From a virus, in the IMG/VR virus record IMGVR_UViG_3300009085_000028, positions 6,394 to 70,393 of that record: DNA of 64,000 nucleotides. One strand, given 5' to 3'. Under the pieces are notes generated by a model, which saw only the letters and a list, made by a program, of their open reading frames with translations, did no database searches and was not told the DNA's origin. The position numbers and the translations under genes were made by a program. Below, in pieces: positions 1-9,754 of this stretch (position 1 is its first letter; every line of letters begins with the position of its first letter).

Positions 1-1
1 G

Positions 2-841
2 GAATACAAAGATTTAGAAAACGAAAAGAAACATAAAGATATTACTGTTGATACGCAGATGTTTTTAGCAGAATTAGATGAAAGATATAACGGTAATAAT
101 TTTGTAGCGGCGTTACAAGAAACTATGGAATTGTTTTATGGAACGTTTGCATTTCTTATTTATTCTAAACTTGAAGATCGTTATTTTATTGTAAGGGGTA
201 GAACAAAACAATTAAATGTTTGTACTGTTTCTTATGAAAATAGAAATCATGCAATGGTTGCAGGTATTGTTGTTAATACTGACGCATTAGATCTTGAAAA
301 AGCAATTAAGAAAACAAAAGCGCTTGCAGAAATGAATTTAATGGTACGAAATTTTGAACATGGAAAAACAGAATTACTTAAATCAGAAACAATTTATGAA
401 TTAATTGCTAATCAAAGTGTATTATTAGAACTTGGAACTATTAAGGAGAATGACCGGCCAGTCAAAACTTTTTTTTCTGGGACCAATACTACGACAGCGA
501 TTACTACTGTTGTTAAAGATAATAAATTCGCCAATAAAATAGTAGAATTTCTAAGAAGTTCCGGCCTGTCAATTTCAGAATTAGATTATTTAGTGTATGT
601 AGCTTATGAAAGTTGTTTCTTTGAAATGACAGAAGAACAATTTGATGAATTAACTTCAGTTTATACTAAAAAGATTAAGCCGTTTCAGAGTAAAGCAAAA
701 GAAGAAATTTGGATTCAGTTAGTTAAGATCTTTCAAAATAGTATGGATATATATAAGCTACATCCAGAAATTAAGTTTCCACATTGTTTAAATAGTAAAG
801 ATACCTTAAAGAAAGTTCTTAATAAGTATACAAGGGGTTAA
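2..841 (+). CDS. Class II (Ntn) glutamine amidotransferase-like protein, 5'-truncated
   Basis: Frame is open from position 2 (EYKDLENEKKHKDITVDTQMFL). 'VDTQ' and 'YGTFAFLIY' resemble GATase-II motifs VDSE and GxFAF. Lies next to ATP-grasp and amidoligase genes. Confidence 0.6.
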   Translation, partial: EYKDLENEKKHKDITVDTQMFLAELDERYNGNNFVAALQETMELFYGTFAFLIYSKLEDRYFIVRGRTKQLNVCTVSYENRNHAMVAGIVVNTDALDLEKAIKKTKALAEMNLMVRNFEHGKTELLKSETIYELIANQSVLLELGTIKENDRPVKTFFSGTNTTTAITTVVKDNKFANKIVEFLRSSGLSISELDYLVYVAYESCFFEMTEEQFDELTSVYTKKIKPFQSKAKEEIWIQLVKIFQNSMDIYKLHPEIKFPHCLNSKDTLKKVLNKYTRG

Positions 842-843
842 TA

Positions 844-1632
844 ATGAAAACAAAACTTACTAGAATTTTAACTGCAAGCGGAAGTTTTCCTTCTGCTAGA
901 TTAATTCGTGATGCTATTCAAGAGATTACTGGAAAAAAGTATTATATTATTGATGAATCAAAAGATACAGATATTTTATTTCGTTATGGTAATAGTGTCA
1001 GTGTAAGCGGTAATGATCCTGGATATAATTCTGTTGATTTTATTAATCTTTGTCGTGATAAATATAAGTTTTCTAAGTTTTGTATTAAGAATGGAATTTA
1101 TACTCCGGTTTATTTTACTACTGAAATTCCAGAAAAGTTTCCTGTTATTATTCGTACCACTATGACAGGATTTGGTGGTGCGGGTATTATTATATGTAAT
1201 AGTATGGAAGAATTTAAAGCTAAAATGCGCCAAGGATGTTATTGGACATATTTTATTACTACTTCATTTGAATTACGAGTACATTTATTTGATGAAACAG
1301 TTAGTCGTTTAGTAAAGAAAGTGAAAAACGATGCAGAAGAAGATAAATATCCTATTAGAAATTCTCATAATGGTTATCATTTTTCTTTGCGTTCTGAAGA
1401 AAATCTTAGTAAGAATTATGAAAGAGCTTTGGAAGTAGTAGGAAGATTAGCTAAATTATTTGTACCACTTGGTGGTCATTTTTCTGGAATTGATTTAGGA
1501 TATGATCCAGAAAGAAAAGAATATATTGTATTTGAGGCTAATTCTGCTCCTGGATTATCAGAAAATAATGCAAGGGATTATGCTAATTTTATTGTTTCAA
1601 ATGTTATCCAGAAAGGATTAGGTAATGGCTAA
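844..1632 (+). CDS. ATP-grasp peptide ligase (phiEco32-like)
   Basis: Motifs DKYKF, FPVIIR, GFGGAGI, ELRVH, GIDLG and FEANSAPGL. Confidence 0.85.
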   Translation: MKTKLTRILTASGSFPSARLIRDAIQEITGKKYYIIDESKDTDILFRYGNSVSVSGNDPGYNSVDFINLCRDKYKFSKFCIKNGIYTPVYFTTEIPEKFPVIIRTTMTGFGGAGIIICNSMEEFKAKMRQGCYWTYFITTSFELRVHLFDETVSRLVKKVKNDAEEDKYPIRNSHNGYHFSLRSEENLSKNYERALEVVGRLAKLFVPLGGHFSGIDLGYDPERKEYIVFEANSAPGLSENNARDYANFIVSNVIQKGLGNG

Positions 1633-2414
1633 TGATTTTTATCGGACAAAAACATATTTGGGAAGAACTTAGTTATATTATTCCTGAATTACAACGTGGC
1701 AAAAATGTAAATATTATTATTAGAGCGCCTTCTGGTTGCGGAAAAACAAAACTTGCAATAATATTAGCTAATTTTATTTCTGAGAATCATATTACCTATT
1801 ATATTCCTGATGATGATGGAAGATTAGACTTTGAACCAACAACCAGGATTATAATAATTGATGAAATTCATACGTTAACGCAACCAGAAATTCTTTATCC
1901 TTTCATGGATTCAGGAAATCATATTTTTATTCTATGTTCAAATGAATTTGGAGAACTAAAAGAGCCATTAGTAAATAGATGTATTGATCTTAACTTTGAA
2001 GAATATAATACCGCTGAAATCGCAGAAATAATTAACCATGACTTTCTTGCAATGGGGATTCGTTTAACAAATGATGTTCTGCGAGAAATAGCAAGTAATT
2101 GTAATGGTGTTCCTAGAATAGCCAGACAAGTTACGCAAAGATTATCATTTATTTTTAATGTTCGCGGTATTCCAGAAACAGTAGAAGAAGTAAGAGATGT
2201 TCTTATAAATATACTTCAGATTGAAAATGGATTAAATGTATTTCATCGTAAGTACTTAGATTTTTTACAGAAAACAGAAAGGGCCAGTTTAGATCTTATT
2301 TCTTTTGCTACTAGAATAGATAAGAAAACAATTCAAAAAGAGATAGAACCGATATTGTTACAAAGAGGTTTAATTTCTATTACATCAAGAGGGAGAAAAC
2401 TAAATGTCAGTTAG
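1632..2414 (+). CDS. ruvB: RuvB-like AAA+ ATPase
   Basis: N-terminal FIGQ, Walker A APSGCGKT, Walker B IIIDEIH, GVPRIA, and RuvB-type C-terminus IEPILLQRGLISITSRGR. Confidence 0.75.
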   Translation: MIFIGQKHIWEELSYIIPELQRGKNVNIIIRAPSGCGKTKLAIILANFISENHITYYIPDDDGRLDFEPTTRIIIIDEIHTLTQPEILYPFMDSGNHIFILCSNEFGELKEPLVNRCIDLNFEEYNTAEIAEIINHDFLAMGIRLTNDVLREIASNCNGVPRIARQVTQRLSFIFNVRGIPETVEEVRDVLINILQIENGLNVFHRKYLDFLQKTERASLDLISFATRIDKKTIQKEIEPILLQRGLISITSRGRKLNVS

Positions 2415-3348
2415 AATTACTAAGAATTATTCTACTTTTACTGATTCTGTGCCCACTTTGTGGGATTATACAAAAATGAAAGAGGGATCATATTATTATT
2501 ATACGGGAGCAAAAGATCAAGAAAAAATTTGTATTGTTAATCCTGATGAAGAAATTTTAACTTCACAATTTGATTCTGCTAATTGCGATTATTTAGATAG
2601 GCGCGTAGATGAGATTTTACAAGCATATAGAAATAAAGGTCTTTCTGGTTGTAAAGTTTTGGTAGCATATGAATCAGAAATTGATTTTATTTATAACTTT
2701 ACAACCAACGACTGTCTAACAGAATATATTAGTTACACTCCTAATGTGTTTTCTTCATCTATGATTTTTGTTTTAAATAGTCAATACAAGCCGTATAGGG
2801 TAAATAAAGCTAGAGTTCCTGGTATTACTATGTTAAATTATACTGATGCTATGCTTACTGGTAATATTTACGCAGATAATGTTGAATTGTTTTTTGAAGT
2901 AGTAAAGCAATTGCATACTTTATCATTTAGTCCAATGGATAGAAAAGATTTGGGTAATATGATTCTTCCAATTGCAGAACCTGCGCTTAAAGATACGCAA
3001 GTACATGACATTGCTGTTTATTTTGCTAAAGTAAAAGGAAAGAAAACAAAAAGTGCATTTGAGGAATATGAAGATTTAGTTAGTGAGAATGTATATTCAA
3101 ACGGGTATAACCCAGATAAAATATTGTTTTCAGAATTATTGGGTACTGGCGTACCAATGGTAGATAAAGAAGTAGATGTTGATATAGATATTTATATTGA
3201 CGGTTATGGAATTAAAAGTTGTAAGATTCTCCCATCCGGTAGATTATTATTTCAAATTAAAATTGAACATGGTGAAGAATATGATGTAAGAAAAATTGAA
3301 GAAATGTTAGGCCATAGTGAATATACTCTTGAATTCATTGTTTCATAA
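2404..3348 (+). CDS. Hypothetical protein
   Basis: 314-aa ORF translationally coupled within the operon. Confidence 0.7.
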   Translation: MSVRITKNYSTFTDSVPTLWDYTKMKEGSYYYYTGAKDQEKICIVNPDEEILTSQFDSANCDYLDRRVDEILQAYRNKGLSGCKVLVAYESEIDFIYNFTTNDCLTEYISYTPNVFSSSMIFVLNSQYKPYRVNKARVPGITMLNYTDAMLTGNIYADNVELFFEVVKQLHTLSFSPMDRKDLGNMILPIAEPALKDTQVHDIAVYFAKVKGKKTKSAFEEYEDLVSENVYSNGYNPDKILFSELLGTGVPMVDKEVDVDIDIYIDGYGIKSCKILPSGRLLFQIKIEHGEEYDVRKIEEMLGHSEYTLEFIVS

Positions 3349-3360
3349 GGAGTAATAAAA

Positions 3361-3708
3361 ATGTATTTCCATAGGAATTGCGGCGGTCCTGTATTTGTTG
3401 TAAAACAAGTTATTGTTACTTGTGGTTTAAATATTACTGCTGGTGGCCTTCAAATTGCTGGAAGTGGTAAACTTAATAAACAAAGGAATTCTAGAACTAC
3501 TTTTATTTGTGGGGTATGTAATAAAGAACTTAGTTCATTTACAGATGAAGTTGTTTGTCGTTGTTCAGAATGTGGAGAAAACTTTTCAGCAGATAATTTA
3601 TATGTATTAAACGCTGTAGGTGGAATTTATTGCGGTGAATGTGCCGAAAATCAATATTCTGGTACACGCCGAACTAAAGTTTCAACTATTATTTCTAAGG
3701 CTATGTAA
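3361..3708 (+). CDS. Cys-rich zinc-binding protein
   Basis: HRNC, CGVC, CSEC and CGEC pairs; AGGAG RBS. Confidence 0.7.
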   Translation: MYFHRNCGGPVFVVKQVIVTCGLNITAGGLQIAGSGKLNKQRNSRTTFICGVCNKELSSFTDEVVCRCSECGENFSADNLYVLNAVGGIYCGECAENQYSGTRRTKVSTIISKAM

Positions 3709-3723
3709 AGGAGATTAAACAAA

Positions 3724-4602
3724 ATGAATACAAATCTAACTTTTGGTACCGATCCTGAATATTTTATTGTGGAAAATATTAATGAAAAAGAGTATGGTGT
3801 TCCTGTTCCTCATTTTATTGAAAATCTTGGTGTTCCAGAAATTGGATATGATGAAACGCGCAAACATCCTGTAATTATTAAAGAAGATAATTACCGTATT
3901 ATGATGGATGGAATTGCCGCAGAATTTACTGTTCCTCCAGTTAAAACTGCAATTGAAATGTTCAATAATGTAAATGCTGGTTTGGATCATTTGCGCAATT
4001 TTTCAAAATCATTTGGTTATGATATTTCTGTAAAACCTACTGTATATTATGATTTTTATAAGTGGTATCGTGAAGATAATAAAGCACTAGAATGGTGTGG
4101 TGTATTTGGTTGTGATCCTGATAGGGATGCAATTCTTGAATTTTATAATTCTCCTACTATTGATGTAACTACTCATCCTTATAGGTATGGTGGAGGACAT
4201 TTACATATTTCTGATAATAATCAAATTATTAAAGATCTGCCTATTCCATTTATTCGTTTGCTTGCCTGTACTGTAGGAAATTATTCAATTGCAAGTTCTC
4301 CATATCCTGAGCTAGAAAAAGCAAGAATGTTTAAATATGGACAGCCTGGACGTTATCGTGTTCAGAATTATCCTGATGGTAATATTGGTGTAGAATATCG
4401 TAGTCCTTCTAATATTTGGACGACTAATTTGGAATCAATTGAAGGAGTATTTTATTGGGCAAATAGAGCATATGAATTACTTCAAGATCGTGATCGCGCA
4501 ATTAATATTTTAGAGACATTCCTTGATCTTACTATAGAAACAATTCAGGCTGTAAATCAGGAACAGGCTAAATACATTCTTGAACAAATTGAAAGGATGT
4601 AA
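3724..4602 (+). CDS. phiEco32-like COOH-NH2 ligase type 2 (amidoligase)
   Basis: Motifs TFGTDPEYF, DGIAAEF, FGCDPD, RYGGGHLH, YGQPGRYR and GVEYRSPSNIW. Confidence 0.9.
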   Translation: MNTNLTFGTDPEYFIVENINEKEYGVPVPHFIENLGVPEIGYDETRKHPVIIKEDNYRIMMDGIAAEFTVPPVKTAIEMFNNVNAGLDHLRNFSKSFGYDISVKPTVYYDFYKWYREDNKALEWCGVFGCDPDRDAILEFYNSPTIDVTTHPYRYGGGHLHISDNNQIIKDLPIPFIRLLACTVGNYSIASSPYPELEKARMFKYGQPGRYRVQNYPDGNIGVEYRSPSNIWTTNLESIEGVFYWANRAYELLQDRDRAINILETFLDLTIETIQAVNQEQAKYILEQIERM

Positions 4603-4606
4603 TAAA

Positions 4607-5023
4607 GTGGCTAAACTTAAAGAAATTGAAATTTATTATTTTGATCTAGAAAAGCATGGTCATAAAATTGTTGAATCTGTTGTGTATAAGAAAAAGTTTT
4701 ATTATAAAGTAGAAGTTGGGGGAGTTTCTGGTACTTTATTTTATGATTATTACGTAGAAAATGGCCCAGGAAAAATAGTTATTACTGCTAAATCTGGTGA
4801 GTGGTATCGTCCAATGACATTAAAATTAGTCGATGATACAGAATATTATAGAGCAAAAAGATTAAGTAAACTTGAAAGAATTATTAATAATATTAAAAAT
4901 TGTGATCTCGTTAATAATATGTTTTATTTTCTTTCTATATTGTGGCTTTATCTTATTGTATTAGGTGCTAGTGCAACCATTGTTATTGCACTTTTGGCTA
5001 TTTTTGGTTTTCTAGGTAAATAA
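4607..5023 (+). CDS. Hypothetical protein with C-terminal membrane anchor
   Basis: GTG start just after the upstream stop; hydrophobic C-terminus. Confidence 0.6.
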   Translation: MAKLKEIEIYYFDLEKHGHKIVESVVYKKKFYYKVEVGGVSGTLFYDYYVENGPGKIVITAKSGEWYRPMTLKLVDDTEYYRAKRLSKLERIINNIKNCDLVNNMFYFLSILWLYLIVLGASATIVIALLAIFGFLGK

Positions 5024-5035
5024 GGAGAAAATATA

Positions 5036-5872
5036 ATGACCGAAAACATGAATAATCTAACATGGAATGAAGATCTGGATGATCTTATGGAAAATATGCC
5101 AGAAGAAACTGAAGAAGAAATGGAAGAAAATCCAGGATTTGAATTTGCAAATCCAGATCGTATTAATAGGCGAAGTATTTTTAATATTGCTGCTATTCCT
5201 GTTGTTGGTCCTAATACTCTTGAATATCAATTTAGGGATTTAGTTACCTATAGGAAAAATCCAAAAAGAAAAGGAAAGAAAGTTGGTGTAGCACACAGGT
5301 CATTCTTTCATTCTGTTAAAGCACATATTCCTAGTGCTGAGCTTATTATGGATTATGATGCAAATAATATTAAAAAGTATGATCTAATTATTTTTACTGG
5401 TGGAGAGGATGTTAGTCCAACCTATTATAGTGAAGATAATCAATATTGTCATGGTGTAAATAGTAATAGGGACCAAATTGAATTTCATATTTTACGTGCG
5501 GCACAATTGTTTAATAAACATATTGTTGGTTTTTGTCGTGGTCTACAATTAATTAATGTTGGTTTTGGTGGATCTTTGTATCAAGATTATAATATTGCTG
5601 GATTTAAATATCATCCAGGAGATCACCCACTAGAAAATGTTGTTTCTGGTAGTGTAATTAAACAATTTTTTGGAGATCATACTGTTGTTTCTGCTCACCA
5701 TCAAGGAATTAAAATGTTGGGTGAGAATTTAAATCCTAGTTCTTCTTATAAGGGAATTATTGAATCTATTGAAACAGATCACGTAATTGCTACACAATTT
5801 CATCCAGAATTTGAATCTTCTTCTGAAGAACACGTTAAAAATTTCTTTAAATTTCTAGTAGAGGAGTGGTAA
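5036..5872 (+). CDS. Class I glutamine amidotransferase / peptidase C26 (gamma-glutamyl hydrolase family)
   Basis: Motifs TGGEDVSP, GFCRGLQLINV (catalytic Cys), SAHHQ and QFHPE. Confidence 0.9.
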   Translation: MTENMNNLTWNEDLDDLMENMPEETEEEMEENPGFEFANPDRINRRSIFNIAAIPVVGPNTLEYQFRDLVTYRKNPKRKGKKVGVAHRSFFHSVKAHIPSAELIMDYDANNIKKYDLIIFTGGEDVSPTYYSEDNQYCHGVNSNRDQIEFHILRAAQLFNKHIVGFCRGLQLINVGFGGSLYQDYNIAGFKYHPGDHPLENVVSGSVIKQFFGDHTVVSAHHQGIKMLGENLNPSSSYKGIIESIETDHVIATQFHPEFESSSEEHVKNFFKFLVEEW

Positions 5873-6597
5873 AAATGGGCATCTTTTATAAGAATTTTGA
5901 AAATGATCAGGTTGCATTAAATTATATGGATGCAAATTTTATGGATAAAGTTCCATATACATATATGTGTTTTGGTGCATTTAATGCTTATGCAAAACCA
6001 AAAGATGGTCCAATTTATTTATCTACGGCGTGTGATAGGAAATATGCGCAGAAGATTATTGATTTGTTTAATGCTGAATTTACTAATATTCAAATTAGAG
6101 TGCTTGCTTTTTATGAATATAATTCAAATGCGTGGGGTACTACTGGCAGAGTACATACTGGTAAGCTTTGTTATATATTCTATACAATTGAATTTAATGA
6201 ACGTTATAGTAATTTTCTAAAGCATATTCTATATGTAATGATTGGGGAACTTATTCGAAATATCAACATTGAATATACTGGTTATGATCGTATTGAAACG
6301 TTTGCTGATTATTTTGATTATGAAAAAACTGATTCTTTAGCGGGACTTACATTTTATGTAAATGTTGATTACAGCGAATTTAAGTTATTTGATAACGTGG
6401 AAGAAATTACAAAAGTATTTACCGATGATAGTGTTTATCCTGGATTATCTCCAAAAGAACAATCAATTCTTGGTGCCTGTCAATACGCATATCGTTCTTA
6501 TCAAGTATCATTAGAATATATCGAAAAAGGTTATTTTATTCCACCAACTCGTGCTATTCTTGCTTTACGTCAATATTATTTCAAGGAGGTATTATAA
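5866..6597 (+). CDS. Hypothetical protein (paralog of 6597..7364)
   Basis: Shares CFG, FNxxFxxIxIR, YTxEF, IGELIR and PPT with the next ORF. Confidence 0.7.
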   Translation: MVKMGIFYKNFENDQVALNYMDANFMDKVPYTYMCFGAFNAYAKPKDGPIYLSTACDRKYAQKIIDLFNAEFTNIQIRVLAFYEYNSNAWGTTGRVHTGKLCYIFYTIEFNERYSNFLKHILYVMIGELIRNINIEYTGYDRIETFADYFDYEKTDSLAGLTFYVNVDYSEFKLFDNVEEITKVFTDDSVYPGLSPKEQSILGACQYAYRSYQVSLEYIEKGYFIPPTRAILALRQYYFKEVL

Positions 6598-7364
6598 TGG
6601 GAAGTTTCCATTATTCTGGTTATAGTAGTGATGAACAATTTTTAAAATATCTAGATTATAAAATGGAGCGTAATAAAATTCCTGCTGATTGGCCTTGTTT
6701 TGGTGGAATACATGAGGCGTTTCAATATGAATTTCTAAATCCATATATTACACAGATTTGTAATTCTCAATTCTTTCATCATTTTGTTAATGAATTTAAT
6801 AGTAAGTTTAGGCACATTAGAATTAGAATTGTAAAGGAATATAAAATTTGTGGAAGTGATGACGGTTATGGAGTTTATGTATTTCAAGAAAAAAATAAGG
6901 AAGATTTTATCCTACGATATAATCTTAAAGAATTAGAATATTCTAGCCTGTTTGGTTATACTGTTGAATTTGATCCAGGATATAATAAATGTGTTCAACT
7001 GTGCTTTATTCCCATTATTGGAGAACTTATTCGAATGGGAAATAATCTAGAATATCAAAGACTATATGAACATACAACCTCATTACTTAATCCAGATGAA
7101 AATCTAATTCCACAATTGATTCGAATCTCTAACAAGATTGGTAAAAGTATTCCAGGAAATCCATTTTATGTTCCAGTAAAGGAGGAAAACTTTTATTCTT
7201 TTGATGATATTTATAGGATGGCTATTTATTTCAAACCCGATGCTACAATTCCTGATATAGAAAAAAGTGGATATGTTATGCACAACACGCGTATTAAACT
7301 AACAAGATTTTATCCTCCGACTCAAATAATGTTATACTTGGAAACATCTACTGTAGAGGAGTAG
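6597..7364 (+). CDS. Hypothetical protein (paralog of 5866..6597)
   Basis: Same shared motifs; coupled stop and start. Confidence 0.7.
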   Translation: MGSFHYSGYSSDEQFLKYLDYKMERNKIPADWPCFGGIHEAFQYEFLNPYITQICNSQFFHHFVNEFNSKFRHIRIRIVKEYKICGSDDGYGVYVFQEKNKEDFILRYNLKELEYSSLFGYTVEFDPGYNKCVQLCFIPIIGELIRMGNNLEYQRLYEHTTSLLNPDENLIPQLIRISNKIGKSIPGNPFYVPVKEENFYSFDDIYRMAIYFKPDATIPDIEKSGYVMHNTRIKLTRFYPPTQIMLYLETSTVEE

Positions 7365-7367
7365 AAA

Positions 7368-7613
7368 ATGAAAAAACTAGAACCAGTAATTATGTTAACA
7401 CAAGTTATTATGAATGCAAATGATATTACAGAAGAAGTGCAATATGCTTTTGTTTTAAAACAACTTACAGAAGATGATAATAAACTTATGGATTGGTGGA
7501 GTAATATAGAAGATTATCATGAAGGACTCGATATAAAAGTTCTTTGTGATGATATAATTAAAATTGAAGAAGTAGAATATAAACTATGTAGATTAATTTG
7601 GAGATGGGGATGA
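7368..7613 (+). CDS. Hypothetical protein
   Basis: GAGGAG RBS; operon packing. Confidence 0.6.
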   Translation: MKKLEPVIMLTQVIMNANDITEEVQYAFVLKQLTEDDNKLMDWWSNIEDYHEGLDIKVLCDDIIKIEEVEYKLCRLIWRWG

Positions 7614-7693
7614 AACACTTTTTTGTAACAATTCTTGGTTTAGCAATTATAATTCTTTTAATCTTTGGTGTAGCTACCGCTGTTGGTATGTAA
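7610..7693 (+). CDS. Small membrane peptide (27 aa)
   Basis: MKHFFVTILGLAIIILLIFGVATAVGM; ATGA overlap; below the ORF track size cut-off. Confidence 0.55.
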   Translation: MKHFFVTILGLAIIILLIFGVATAVGM

Positions 7694-7705
7694 AGGAGTA
7701 TTATT

Positions 7706-8062
7706 ATGGACGTAATTGATTTAAAGTGGATGCGAGAAAATAGAGAACATTTACGCAGGCCATTTGAAGAATTAACAAGTTTTCCTAAAATAGAACCCAA
7801 CCAAGTTTTTATTTCTCATGTGGGTGATGGAGAATATACTTTTAATGTATTTGGTTCTGTTCACACGAATATGGAAGTATTCCTAAACAAAGTATTATCT
7901 TATTATTCCTATTATAATATAAAACGAGAAGAACTAATTATTTTATGTGAGGGTAATGAATATCTTGTTATACACCCACACAATAATTCTTTTTCTGTTA
8001 TCGCAAGATTAACTCTTGCAACAATTAATCCAGAAACTTTTCCAATTGAAAGTGAGATGTAG
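7706..8062 (+). CDS. Hypothetical protein
   Basis: AAGGAG RBS. Confidence 0.65.
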   Translation: MDVIDLKWMRENREHLRRPFEELTSFPKIEPNQVFISHVGDGEYTFNVFGSVHTNMEVFLNKVLSYYSYYNIKREELIILCEGNEYLVIHPHNNSFSVIARLTLATINPETFPIESEM

Positions 8063-8063
8063 T

Positions 8064-8237
8064 ATGTCATGTAATTATAGGATATTTAATAAAGATAGTA
8101 CTACTGATCTTGAACAAGTGGTTCATGATTTTATTGTAGAATTAGAATCATATTCTGCTGGTGGTAAAAAATCATTTCAAATTCTAGATGTAGTGTGGAA
8201 AGATAAACAAACAATTGTATATTATGAAAAACTATAG
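8064..8237 (+). CDS. Hypothetical protein
   Basis: ATG immediately after the upstream stop. Confidence 0.5.
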   Translation: MSCNYRIFNKDSTTDLEQVVHDFIVELESYSAGGKKSFQILDVVWKDKQTIVYYEKL

Positions 8238-8246
8238 GAGTAAATT

Positions 8247-8408
8247 ATGGCTAGGTTAATTTGTTTATTTGGATCTGTAATTGCATTTGTTTGCTCTGGA
8301 TTATTCTTGAATTACCAAGGATATAGTTCTCCAATTTTAACTGTCATTGGTTATATCCTGATTATAATTGGAGCCGTTTTAATTCTTTGCGCAGTATTTG
8401 GTAAGTAA
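8247..8408 (+). CDS. Small two-TM membrane protein (53 aa)
   Basis: AGGAG RBS; MARLICLFGSVIAFVC...LILCAVFGK. Confidence 0.6.
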   Translation: MARLICLFGSVIAFVCSGLFLNYQGYSSPILTVIGYILIIIGAVLILCAVFGK

Positions 8409-8423
8409 AAGGAGTATAATATT

Positions 8424-8735
8424 ATGGTTGCACTACGAAATAAATTTACTGGTCTCTATTTGAAAAAGGGAAGATATACTTATGATTATGCCAGTGACAA
8501 AACTAAAGCTGATTTAGCATACACAGATAATATTAATTTGGCAAAAAGGTTTACTCGTGGTGGTCTTGCCAACAGTTTATATAATAAAGCTTTCCTTGCA
8601 AAAAATACTGTACATTATCCTGGTAATATTGCATCGTTTACATCTTATCAAGTATATTGGGGATTTGATAAAAGCTTTTTTGAAATTGTAGAATTAGGTG
8701 AAAACAATGAAAAGAATGATAATGTACAGTCCTGA
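8424..8735 (+). CDS. Hypothetical protein (paralog of 9189..9497)
   Basis: Shares TGxYxKKxRY, TDxINxA and FE(I/V)xE. Confidence 0.65.
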   Translation: MVALRNKFTGLYLKKGRYTYDYASDKTKADLAYTDNINLAKRFTRGGLANSLYNKAFLAKNTVHYPGNIASFTSYQVYWGFDKSFFEIVELGENNEKNDNVQS

Positions 8736-9180
8736 AAAAGGAATGATAACTTTAGGAGGACTTCTAGAAATAAATACTGTTATAATTAAACCAACCAACC
8801 TTGATGATTTTATTTGTCCTAATTGTAAAGAGACTATGTTTACATATAAACAAATTGCAGAAGAAGAATTGTATGAAAAAGTTTTAAATCTTTTTTGTAA
8901 ATGTGGCTGGTCTGATACTATTGTTTTTACCGAACCAAAGTTTATTATTAAGGATGGTCAGGTTGGAATGTATAGAGAAGATACAGGAGAATTATGGATT
9001 GATTTAGATGAATATGGTTCGTGCGCAGGTAATGATCCAGAATTATTTATTTGTCCGGCCTGTAGAAAAGTTGTATTAACAATGAGACATATTAGAAAAG
9101 AAAATTGGTGGGGAACAACACGAGAAATTAATTGTACTTGTGGTTGGAACGAACGAGTATTTTTATTTTCCCATGAATAG
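8698..9180 (+). CDS. Tandem zinc-ribbon protein
   Basis: Two repeats of FICPxC...CxCGW. Confidence 0.65.
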   Translation: MKTMKRMIMYSPEKGMITLGGLLEINTVIIKPTNLDDFICPNCKETMFTYKQIAEEELYEKVLNLFCKCGWSDTIVFTEPKFIIKDGQVGMYREDTGELWIDLDEYGSCAGNDPELFICPACRKVVLTMRHIRKENWWGTTREINCTCGWNERVFLFSHE

Positions 9181-9188
9181 GAGTAACT

Positions 9189-9497
9189 ATGTATATTGTA
9201 AAGCATATCCCTACTGGAAAGTATATTAAGAAAACAAGGTACAATGTACTTTGGGAATTAAATAATCCTAGTATGCACCATTATGCACTAACAGATGATA
9301 TTAATAAAGCCAGAATTTATAGATTAATGAGTCATATAACCAGTTCTCTTGGTACTCAACCTATTATAAAAAGAGAAATGAAAGAAGTTGTAGAATATGG
9401 TGGAAAGAAAGTAATTAAAGAAGTAATTATCTATGGAGAAACAAGAGTTAATCCAGAAGTATTTGAAGTTATTGAAATGGAGATGAATATAAAATGA
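9189..9497 (+). CDS. Hypothetical protein (paralog of 8424..8735)
   Basis: Shared motifs; AGGAG RBS. Confidence 0.65.
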   Translation: MYIVKHIPTGKYIKKTRYNVLWELNNPSMHHYALTDDINKARIYRLMSHITSSLGTQPIIKREMKEVVEYGGKKVIKEVIIYGETRVNPEVFEVIEMEMNIK

Positions 9498-9751
9498 AAA
9501 CTTTGCTTAAAGTATTATCTTTATTTATTACTGTACCGCTAGCTATTACAATTTCATTGTACGGTCTTTCTGGTTCATTATATTTAATGACTACACTTCC
9601 ATCATTTGTAACAATTGAACCTTTGTTTATATTTGTTTCTGTATTTTTTGGTATGATTGGTGTAATTGGTATGTTATTATTTTCCATTGGTATGCTATTA
9701 GGGTTCATATGGTTTTATTTTGGGGTTGTATTTCCATATAAGGAGGCATAA
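9494..9751 (+). CDS. Membrane protein
   Basis: Two long hydrophobic segments; ATGA-type overlap. Confidence 0.6.
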   Translation: MKTLLKVLSLFITVPLAITISLYGLSGSLYLMTTLPSFVTIEPLFIFVSVFFGMIGVIGMLLFSIGMLLGFIWFYFGVVFPYKEA

Positions 9752-9754
9752 TTT

